Positions 18,792 to 26,571 of a stretch of 32,000 bases of DNA are shown here, piece after piece; the stretch's first letter is position 1, and every line of letters begins with the position of its first letter. The position numbers were made by a program, and so were the translations under genes. The stretch spans positions 1,950,001-1,982,000 of the forward strand of contig NZ_LT549890.1 of the NCBI RefSeq assembly GCF_900079115.1, in the 5' to 3' direction. This DNA is from Saccharolobus solfataricus (GTDB lineage Archaea; Thermoproteota; Thermoprotei_A; Sulfolobales; Sulfolobaceae). Under the pieces are notes generated by a model that saw only the letters and a list, made by a program, of their open reading frames with translations, searched no databases and was not told the origin of the DNA.

Positions 18792-19667
18792 TTCTAGTAG
18801 TCCCCACGCACTACTTAGAGATACAACTATTAGGGTTAAGAACCCAGCGCTTATTAACGTTATTCCAAATATGTAATGAACACTCCCTAAGTTATATAGT
18901 AATTGGGCCGGATCAATAGGATCTATATTACCGATCGATGTTCCTATCATTTCAGATAGTACTATTATCAGTTCAGTTATTATAGCCCCCAGTAATGTCT
19001 CTATGCCTATCCACGACGTCTTTTTAGAGTTATCAATACCTATCTTAGAATACTTAATTGCTGTAGCCGAACTTTGATAAACCAACATACAAGGTGGAGT
19101 TACCACAGCACCAACGTTTACTGCGATGAAGAAAAGGAAATTCTTAGACGTAGAGAAGTAGAAGACGTCTTGTCCAGTAAAGCTCAGTTTAGGCCCAACC
19201 ATAATTAAGGCTGATAATAATAGAATTACGGAAATCACTACTAAATATTTTTCAGTTATTTCATAATTTTTAGTTAACACCACTAGAACGTGAAGGATGA
19301 AGAATACTATCAAGCCGAATAGAGGATTGACACCAATTAAGTAACACCCAATTGCAATTCCCGCATACTCACTTAGATATGTAAAGAAATCAACTAAGAA
19401 TATGGGGAAAATAGATAAAATGGATATTCTGGTAGAGTAATGTTCTCTGATAAGCTCTCCAATACCCTTCCCAGCTATGGCACCCAATCTCCCTGAAGCC
19501 TCTTGTATTATGAAGATAGGAAGAGATAATAACATCACGAACCATATTAGCTTATACCCATATTCTTCTCCAGTTGATAACCCTCCTAATATACTCGCAG
19601 CATCGGCATCTGCCAATAGTGCTATCCAAGCTGGTCCGAAGAGTTTTGCAGAATCCCTTATGCTCAA
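18789..19667 (-). pseudogene. mntH: Nramp/MntH divalent-metal transporter, N-terminal fragment (292 codons, ends at a stop created at the IS junction)
   Basis: The N-terminal FGPAWIALLADADAASILGGLSTGEEYGYKLIWFVMLLSLPIFIIQEASGRLG matches the Nramp family signature region (DPG/N-type first helix). The frame terminates with ...SSAWGLLE followed by TAG, whose first base is the IS terminus. Confidence 0.75.
18792..18797. repeat. Target-site duplication, right copy
   Basis: The same TTCTAG(TAG) as at 17639. Confidence 0.7.
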
Positions 19668-19914
19668 TCTTAAAACACCTCGCTTAAGTAATTATAAATT
19701 CCTTTTTTAGGTAAAAAGCTATTATAATAAAGAGTAAGTGCAAATGTTGTATTCATTATGTAACCACTATTATACTCTAATAAGCTCTAACTTATAAAGA
19801 TTTCTATTTCAGAATAACTATTAAATAGTATAAACTTCACATTATCTTAGTTAGGTTTTCTGTAATCTTAAAAGATAGACCTTTGTTTGCCTTATCATTA
19901 GTTTGAAACTACTT

Positions 19915-19929
19915 TTAACTATAAGTTAA
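19915..19929. promoter_or_regulatory. Perfect palindrome TTAACT-ATA-AGTTAA upstream of dps (candidate operator)
   Basis: Read directly. It lies 63-77 nt upstream of the dps ATG, just 5' of the TATA-like CTTAAATAGA (19937-19946). An SD-like GGGTG sits at 19982-19986. Confidence 0.25.
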
Positions 19930-19991
19930 AATGACTCTTAAATAGAAGGATTTATTAACTAGAAATGAGTATTGACTATTAGGGTGTATGA

Positions 19992-20558
19992 ATGCAAGAG
20001 AAACCCCAAGAACCAAAGGTAGTCGGAGTAGAAATCTTGGAAAAATCTGGGTTAGATATCAAAAAGTTAGTAGATAAACTAGTTAAAGCAACAGCTGCAG
20101 AGTTCACCACATATTACTACTATACCATATTGAGAATGCACCTAACTGGTATGGAAGGAGAGGGTCTTAAGGAAATAGCTGAGGACGCTAGGCTTGAGGA
20201 TAGACTTCACTTCGAACTAATGACTCAAAGGATTTATGAACTGGGAGGAGGTCTACCTAGAGACATAAGGCAGCTTGCTGATATTTCAGCTTGCTCCGAT
20301 GCGTATTTACCAGAGAATTGGAAAGACCCTAAGGAGATATTAAAGGTTTTGTTAGAAGCTGAGCAATGCGCGATAAGAACTTGGAAAGAAGTATGTGATA
20401 TGACGTATGGAAAAGATCCTAGAACTTACGATTTAGCGCAGAGGATACTTCAAGAAGAGATAGAGCACGAAGCGTGGTTCTTAGAGTTACTATACGGAAG
20501 ACCATCGGGTCATTTCAGAAGAAGTTCACCAGGGAACGCTCCATATTCCAAGAAATAA
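19992..20558 (+). CDS. dps: Dps-like ferritin-superfamily protein (DNA-binding protein from starved cells-like; oxidative-stress iron sequestration)
   Basis: 188-aa four-helix-bundle protein with di-iron ligand-type motifs (EDRLHFELM ... EEIEHEAWF). I recognise it as the Sulfolobus solfataricus Dps-like protein (SsDps). Confidence 0.85.
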
Positions 20559-20610
20559 TAAAAGGTAACTGTATTTTTTCCTATTTCTATTTTTAATTGG
20601 TGATTATTCA

Positions 20611-20937
20611 ATGCTAGTCAGAGTGTCTAGCTTATCAGACTTGGAAGAGAAGAAACCAAGAAAATTCTCCATCAACGGCATAGAAGTAGTCATAGTTAGG
20701 GTTGGTGATAAAGTGTTTGCTATAGAAGCATATTGTCCTCATAAGGGAAGGAATCTGGAATATGGAGAGGTAGAGGGATATAAAATAAGGTGCGATTTAC
20801 ACGGATATGAATATAGTCTTGAAAACGGTGAGTTGATATTTAATCCTTATGGTAAAACGTCAGGGTGGTACTTCTCACCTAACTTAAGGATTTACAAAGT
20901 GGAGATAAAGGGCAAAGATATTTTTATACAAATTTAA
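20611..20937 (+). CDS. Rieske [2Fe-2S] domain protein
   Basis: 108 aa. CPHKG ... CDLHG (CxH-x16-CxxH) is the Rieske cluster-binding motif. A GGTGA Shine-Dalgarno-like element at 20599-20603, 7 nt before the ATG, suggests co-transcription with dps. Oligo-T tracts at 20574-20579 and 20590-20594 could give partial termination. Confidence 0.8.
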   Translation: MLVRVSSLSDLEEKKPRKFSINGIEVVIVRVGDKVFAIEAYCPHKGRNLEYGEVEGYKIRCDLHGYEYSLENGELIFNPYGKTSGWYFSPNLRIYKVEIKGKDIFIQI

Positions 20938-21470
20938 ATTTCAAATTCTATTGATCTAGCGTCTTGCACAATTAAACTGCAATAGGTTTCCTTCATTTCT
21001 TGCCTACATTCACCTCTATTCTTGATCTCGGGTATTTCCTTTAACTCCCTTACTTTCTTGGAAATCTTATTGTAATCGTCTTGTGGGATTATTGAAGTTA
21101 TTATTTTGACCCCCTTATTTTTAGCTGCTAAAGCGGCAGCAACACTCATACTCTTCCTCCCTCCGGTTATATCTAAATAGTCCCCCTCACCTAACTGTTT
21201 TTCAACGAATTCCCTAACTTTCCTTAAGTCATCTTCACTGTAAATATCTTCAATATCAAGTGGATGCTCACTAATTTCTACCTTAGGGAATTTCTCTTGA
21301 ATACAACATACAAACATTAATCTTACTATTCTCCATGCCTTCTTTACTTCTGCATTAGATGTAGTCACTACTCTTACTTCATCGATGTTTTCTCCCTTTT
21401 TTACTAGGTAAAGAAAAGATTCTATTACTCCACCCGGGGATGTACCTAATGTAGCTACTAGTTTAACCAT
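20934..21470 (-). CDS. crn1: Stand-alone CARF-domain protein, probable cyclic tetra-adenylate ring nuclease (Crn1-type)
   Basis: 178 aa, essentially one Rossmann-like domain. It has the N-terminal strand plus loop VATLGTSPGG (residues 5-14) and the second signature loop DITGGRKSMS (residues 100-109). These are the two hallmark CARF ligand-binding motifs. There is no fused HEPN, nuclease or wHTH effector domain. I believe it is identical or near-identical to S. solfataricus Sso2081. Confidence 0.75.
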   Translation of the reverse strand: MVKLVATLGTSPGGVIESFLYLVKKGENIDEVRVVTTSNAEVKKAWRIVRLMFVCCIQEKFPKVEISEHPLDIEDIYSEDDLRKVREFVEKQLGEGDYLDITGGRKSMSVAAALAAKNKGVKIITSIIPQDDYNKISKKVRELKEIPEIKNRGECRQEMKETYCSLIVQDARSIEFEI

Positions 21471-21493
21471 GTTATGGATAAAAAGTTCAAGTT

Positions 21494-21506
21494 AGTATTT
21501 ATTTTT
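21494..21506 (-). promoter_or_regulatory. TATA-like box for the CARF gene (leaderless or short-leader transcript)
   Basis: The minus strand reads AAAAATAAATA, spanning about -36 to -26 relative to the ATG at 21470. It lies in the 35-bp gap after the upstream gene stop. Confidence 0.35.
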
Positions 21507-22009
21507 TATTGTCTTTTGCCTCTACCTCTGAGGAATAGTACTAAACCAACTAATAGCACAATTACACCGATAATAGCTAGAAAGAAACCAAGGCCAGTAT
21601 ATAACGCAACGTTTATCAATGAGGACGCAAACTCTTGGCTCAAGACGTATTTCACTGAAATGGGAGTAGTGAGATTGTTTACCATTATAGCGTCATATTT
21701 AGGACTTAATAACGCTAATATATATCCTTTTTCTGCAATTTGTGGAACTGACTGGTTCGTCCCATTTACTTCCTGTAATATCTTTAACACTTGTCCAGAA
21801 CTGGTATTGTAAAGTAATATTGATAGTTTGCTGGGAACTCCTAAGTCCTGCGATGACCCAGGCTGTAAAGTAGTTGGAGATGCTGTACTTAGTGTGTTAA
21901 CTATTTTAATGAGTCCAGAGGAGGCTAAATACCCTCCTATAAAGAATAGTGCAATACCAACTATTAATATTATTGCCCCTACTATTAGAACTGTTTTACC
22001 TATAGCCAT
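21506..22009 (-). CDS. Membrane protein, bitopic ends with an extracellular middle domain (hypothetical)
   Basis: 167 aa. N-terminal TM (VLIVGAIILIVGIALFFIGGYLA) and C-terminal TM (LGFFLAIIGVIVLLVGLVLFL). Several N-x-S/T sequons lie between them. Preferred over the overlapping plus-strand 112-aa ORF. Confidence 0.55.
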   Translation of the reverse strand: MAIGKTVLIVGAIILIVGIALFFIGGYLASSGLIKIVNTLSTASPTTLQPGSSQDLGVPSKLSILLYNTSSGQVLKILQEVNGTNQSVPQIAEKGYILALLSPKYDAIMVNNLTTPISVKYVLSQEFASSLINVALYTGLGFFLAIIGVIVLLVGLVLFLRGRGKRQ

Positions 22010-22051
22010 AATTTAATAAAGTTTAAAGGAAATATTAAGTCTTTTCAAAAG

Positions 22052-22981
22052 TTATATTACGTCTAACGGATTAGTGGACACGAACTCAATATTTTTTATA
22101 ACATACTTGCTGACATTTACGCTCCCGAAGCTCTTCAACTCCTTATGAACTTCGAATGTGACTATCGAAGGATCACCCAATTGATATAAACTACCAGGGT
22201 TTATTGCGATAGTCTCGCCTACCTTATCCATTGATGTACTTTCGTGAACGTGACCATGAAGTGAAATAATAGGTTGAAATTCAGTAATTAAATCAAGTAC
22301 TGCCTTTGAACCTACATGGGACTTCCTCAAACCGACCTTCGCATTATCCAATTTTGTGTTTAAAGGGGGCATGTGGAAGTTCATAATTAATCTTTCCTTA
22401 TCAGCGTCCTTAAGTAACGATTTACCTTTTATGTATAATTCAGAGTCTGGAATTTCTCTGTATGAATTACCTATTGGAGAACCAAAACCTAGTGAGACTA
22501 TCTGAATTTCCTCTAGATTTATAACGTTTTCGTTAATCAGATTACTGCCATAATTCTTAAGAATGGAATCCAATTGCGGAATATCTCCATGTGCTGGGGA
22601 CCAAAATACCTTTTCTAAACGAAAAATTTCCTCAGCTATTTTAACCCATCTTGACATTTGCTCAGATGCTTTCTCAATAACTATTTTCTCCAGTTTACTC
22701 TTATCACTCTTTATATCCTCAATAACCTCTTTTTTGTCTACTACTATATATTTCCCAGACCTTAACGCATCTTCATTAAGGTTATTCAAATTAACCTTTT
22801 TACCGTTTAAAAAATATCTTCCTCCGATATCCTCTACAAAGAGTATTTCTTTAGCAATTAACCCCCCACTTATAATGAGAAAGTCGACTCTCTTCGATTT
22901 TGCAATATTTAGTGACCTCTTAAATGAATACTCCGAACCATGAAGATCGGTGAAGAATCCTAACTTAAATTTAAAGACCAT
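22052..22981 (-). CDS. Metallophosphoesterase (calcineurin-like), divergent motif set
   Basis: 309 aa. N-terminal FFTDLHGS (DxH motif) and C-terminal LHGHVHES (GHxH motif). The middle GD and GNHD/E motifs are not canonical (ISGG, PAHGD). Confidence 0.6.
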   Translation of the reverse strand: MVFKFKLGFFTDLHGSEYSFKRSLNIAKSKRVDFLIISGGLIAKEILFVEDIGGRYFLNGKKVNLNNLNEDALRSGKYIVVDKKEVIEDIKSDKSKLEKIVIEKASEQMSRWVKIAEEIFRLEKVFWSPAHGDIPQLDSILKNYGSNLINENVINLEEIQIVSLGFGSPIGNSYREIPDSELYIKGKSLLKDADKERLIMNFHMPPLNTKLDNAKVGLRKSHVGSKAVLDLITEFQPIISLHGHVHESTSMDKVGETIAINPGSLYQLGDPSIVTFEVHKELKSFGSVNVSKYVIKNIEFVSTNPLDVI

Positions 22982-22995
22982 CCTAACTTAAATTT
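22957..22995. repeat. 16-bp direct repeat (ATCCTAACTTAAATTT x2, period 23) straddling the phosphoesterase start codon
   Basis: Copies at 22957-22972 and 22980-22995, read directly. Confidence 0.8.
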
Positions 22996-23116
22996 GCAAT
23001 TACAAATTAAAAAATTAATTAGTCCCTTTTCTCCTTCTTTTCTAATACTTCTAGCAAGTGAACCCACGCCAAAAAACACGGATCCACTTGTTGCTTATTA
23101 TTCTTCTTTTCCTCGC

Positions 23117-23890
23117 TCACTTTGACACCCTCCTTAGAAAGCTCTTTACTCTTTCCCAAGCATCTTCAGCTGCTTCCTTATTATACGAACGCCCTCTATC
23201 ATTAAAGAACGCATGATACGCTCCGGGGTAAATTTTGAGTTCTAAATCCTTCTTATATTTTATTATAGCGGAAATTAGATCTGGTAACCCCGCATCTATT
23301 GGCGGGTCCTCTCCAGCATATAGACCTAATATTGGCCCCTTTATCTTCTGGATTGCCTCCAATGGTTGTGGATTTCTGCCGTAAAAGACTATTGTCCCAT
23401 CTAGTGGTACTTCGGTCGCTAACTGAAATGCCAAACCCCCACCCATACAGAAGCCCATACTGACTATCTTTTTAACACCTTGTGAGCTTACGTACTCGTA
23501 AGCCTTAATAGCGTCCTTTATCATCTGTTCCTCCGTCTTTTGTCTATTTAAGACCAATAACTCAGCTACTTTTTTACCTTTTTCATCTAACGCTGACATT
23601 ATTTGTTGATAAGAATTTGGATCATTCCTCTTCTCTGGTGGTATACTCCATACTTTCATCATTACATTTTGAATGTTCCCCTCGTTTAGAACATCCTCAT
23701 TCCTAGTGTATAATTGAGGAGCTAGTGCCATATAGCCCTCATTTGCTAACCTTCTTGAAATATCTTTTATATTATCATTAAGACCCCATATTTCATGTAT
23801 TACTATTACTGCCAATTTAGGATTTTCTGGGGTAGCTAGGAAAGCCCTTATTTTAGCTCCGTCTGAATCATAAAATATCTCCTTTTCCAT
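23117..23890 (-). CDS. Dienelactone hydrolase family protein (carboxymethylenebutenolidase-like)
   Basis: 257 aa. VIHEIWGLN, nucleophile motif GFCMGG, and C-terminal YPGAYHAF. This gives the DLH Cys-His-Asp arrangement. Confidence 0.8.
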   Translation of the reverse strand: MEKEIFYDSDGAKIRAFLATPENPKLAVIVIHEIWGLNDNIKDISRRLANEGYMALAPQLYTRNEDVLNEGNIQNVMMKVWSIPPEKRNDPNSYQQIMSALDEKGKKVAELLVLNRQKTEEQMIKDAIKAYEYVSSQGVKKIVSMGFCMGGGLAFQLATEVPLDGTIVFYGRNPQPLEAIQKIKGPILGLYAGEDPPIDAGLPDLISAIIKYKKDLELKIYPGAYHAFFNDRGRSYNKEAAEDAWERVKSFLRRVSK

Positions 23891-23953
23891 ATTAACTTTT
23901 ACTGGTGAATGGTTTAAAAGTTAACTATCTATTTTTGTTAGATAAAAAAATAA

Positions 23954-25774
23954 TTAACTTTCAATTAAGCCAGAATATAGCAACAAATCGTAAACCATTG
24001 CGTACGCATTATATGTTCCTGGACCTGTGACATAGTTCCATCCATAATGGGCTGGAAGTGGATTATTTCCACTAGTTATTGGTATCCAGGCAACCTTACC
24101 GACAAAATTGCCTAGTGGAGATTCTATTATACCTTGATACGAAATGTGATACAATGCGAAGTTGAGTGCACCTAATCTGGTACCAGCTAAGGCTACCATT
24201 GCAGCAGTCATTGGTGCAGCTCCACTGGTTCCATACCATACGAACAATTGACCTTGAAATACTAAAGGCAGACCGAAACCGAATTCTGGAATATTATAAC
24301 CCCCAGCTGAGACGAATGCGATATCTGGATAAGTCCTTACAATAACGGGAGTAAATGGAATCAGTGAAGTTATTTCATAAATTTGTGCTGGATAAACAAC
24401 ACTATTACCTCCAGTACTATAATCCCACCCACTAATTTCCACAATACTACCATTAGACGACGCATTAAGAAATATCCCGCCAACTGACGTTACGTAGGGA
24501 TCAGACTCAGGGTACCATATCGTATTATATGTTCCGATATGGAAATTAGGAGGCGGGTGATCACTCTCATATCCCCAGTCTCCAGAGGCTGCTAAGACAG
24601 AAATTCCTTGCGCTGCAGCTTGCAACATTATGTTATGAATCATGTCTAACATTGCTGGATAGTATGCTGCTAGAAAACTTTCTGGAACGGTTACAGAAAT
24701 TGAAATGACGTTAGGATTTAAGTAGTTAACCATGTAATAATACTCATAATAATAGTTTAGTAAATTGCCCACTAGCTGGGGACCGCCCACGTAACCGTTA
24801 CTGAAGACTATTGTAACGTTAGCTGCTGGTGCGAAGGCACCAGACCATTCCGCATCAAGCTCATTCTCTCCTGATTGCCCTCCAGTTGTAACATTCCCGA
24901 AATATATAACGTTTAGATGACCAGTTCTAGGTATACCATAAAGTTGCCAAAAACTATAGATGTCTGATACGTTTACAAAGGACTCAGGTACTCCCTCAAT
25001 CGCAATATTACTACCTCCGCCAGTATAACCTCGCTCATAGGCTAAGGTAAAGTTAAAATATTGCTCTATTGTTATCGGTGAAATTATGGCTTTTGAAACC
25101 AGTCCGCTTTGGGCTTTAACCATAGGTAAATGCCATGTTTGTGTAACCACGTTAACTACCTTGGGATCTAGACTATCTATCCCAACTACTCCTAATACAT
25201 ATTTTCCAATATTAAATGGTAATGATGGAGTAACGTTATTTGAGTAGTAGTAAAATGGACCAATGTTCTTAATTCCTAGTAGACCAAACCAATAGAGGTT
25301 CTTGAATGGATAGTAGTAAACGTTAATGTAAGTGTTGAATGCTTTCTCTATATTCCCCACAGTTCCACTAAATACTAGTATTAAACCATAATTACCTAAA
25401 AATTGTAAGTTATAAGATTCCAGATACTTTATTAGTGAGTTTACATAGGACCTTGAAGGATAATAATATTCTCTAAACTGTGATGGAGTCAACCAGTGAT
25501 GGAACTGTGGGGCAGAGAGGTAAATTTCGTTAAGGTATGATTGTAAAGAGGCTAAATTAGTGAAATTTAAGAGAACTGCTATGTATAAGGTTTGACTACT
25601 GTTGAGGGGTTCTACAAATACTGATCCGGGAATTATTGTGTATTGTGGAGAAGATGTTTGTATATAATAGTATTGTGCTTGACTTTGCGCTATAATTGTT
25701 AGGAAAGTTGTAGTGCTTAAAATCAACACTAGAAGTAACATTACCCTTTTTAATATTACATTCTTACTTTCCAT
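23954..25774 (-). CDS. Secreted sedolisin/kumamolisin-like (S53) serine-carboxyl peptidase
   Basis: 606 aa. N-terminal signal/anchor (VMLLLVLILSTTTFLTIIAQSQA), a pro-domain-like region, GENELDAEW (the E/D of the S53 triad context) and GTSGAAP (catalytic Ser motif). Confidence 0.65.
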   Translation of the reverse strand: MESKNVILKRVMLLLVLILSTTTFLTIIAQSQAQYYYIQTSSPQYTIIPGSVFVEPLNSSQTLYIAVLLNFTNLASLQSYLNEIYLSAPQFHHWLTPSQFREYYYPSRSYVNSLIKYLESYNLQFLGNYGLILVFSGTVGNIEKAFNTYINVYYYPFKNLYWFGLLGIKNIGPFYYYSNNVTPSLPFNIGKYVLGVVGIDSLDPKVVNVVTQTWHLPMVKAQSGLVSKAIISPITIEQYFNFTLAYERGYTGGGSNIAIEGVPESFVNVSDIYSFWQLYGIPRTGHLNVIYFGNVTTGGQSGENELDAEWSGAFAPAANVTIVFSNGYVGGPQLVGNLLNYYYEYYYMVNYLNPNVISISVTVPESFLAAYYPAMLDMIHNIMLQAAAQGISVLAASGDWGYESDHPPPNFHIGTYNTIWYPESDPYVTSVGGIFLNASSNGSIVEISGWDYSTGGNSVVYPAQIYEITSLIPFTPVIVRTYPDIAFVSAGGYNIPEFGFGLPLVFQGQLFVWYGTSGAAPMTAAMVALAGTRLGALNFALYHISYQGIIESPLGNFVGKVAWIPITSGNNPLPAHYGWNYVTGPGTYNAYAMVYDLLLYSGLIES

Positions 25775-25829
25775 TTATGCTTTATATGCCATTTTTTAAT
25801 ATTAAACTTTACTCTCATTTCAATTACTG

Positions 25830-26450
25830 TTAATGAGTTGTATATACTGAGTCCCAGAAGGACTTCTCATAATATTGAATAGTGTAAGCGATTCCCCTAA
25901 GCCTCTCAACTTGACTGTTCTCAACTAATCTGACTATTCTATCCTCTAACTCCTTATAAGAACCTCTGAAAGCTTCGAAGAAGCCCGTCTCCCTTATATT
26001 AAATTTCTCTTTTATCATATCTCCGAATCTAGTGACAACACTAGCCCATACTGGTAAATTCACAATCCCGGCAAATAGGAACTCGGAGGGCTTAGCATAA
26101 CTAGCTAGCCAAGATAAATAATGAGTATAACTTACAGCCGGAGGTGATACGTTATACAGTAGTGGATCCTTTACCTCAATCCCTAGCTCGTTCATAAGCT
26201 TTACTATTTCCTTTAACGCATGGTAATCCCCATCCACTAGTATCTTAAATATATCAAGTTCTTCTAAATTAGTACTCCTTGATAGACCTATTGCCAGCGA
26301 TCTTAAATCGTGATTGACAATATACCACTGATTTATAACAAAACTATGAACTACTTCCTTCTTCAACTCCTTCTCCTTTAATAAGGGGTGGTTGATTATT
26401 TGATCATTTAATCCTTCTAGCTCTTTTCTTATCTGTTCTAGTACGTTCAC
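25830..26450 (-). CDS. TenA/PqqC-like (haem-oxygenase-fold) protein
   Basis: 206 aa and all-helical. The N-terminal HPLLKE...FVINQWYIV pattern and the size resemble the TENA/THI-4/PQQC family. Assigned by eye only. Confidence 0.35.
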   Translation of the reverse strand: MNVLEQIRKELEGLNDQIINHPLLKEKELKKEVVHSFVINQWYIVNHDLRSLAIGLSRSTNLEELDIFKILVDGDYHALKEIVKLMNELGIEVKDPLLYNVSPPAVSYTHYLSWLASYAKPSEFLFAGIVNLPVWASVVTRFGDMIKEKFNIRETGFFEAFRGSYKELEDRIVRLVENSQVERLRGIAYTIQYYEKSFWDSVYTTH

Positions 26451-26571
26451 ATTTATAAATTACAAAGCTAGATTATAAATTATTTTATAACTTACTTATA
26501 TCTATCTATGATAAATTGCTTCTTCATGATAACTAGATAAATTTTTATGTTAGTTAACTAACAAACAAGCA

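Noticed and set aside
21474-21812. 112-aa plus-strand ORF (and 21828-22016)
   Set aside because: It overlaps the minus-strand 167-aa ORF, which has a coherent two-TM plus ectodomain architecture and fits the same-strand gene array.
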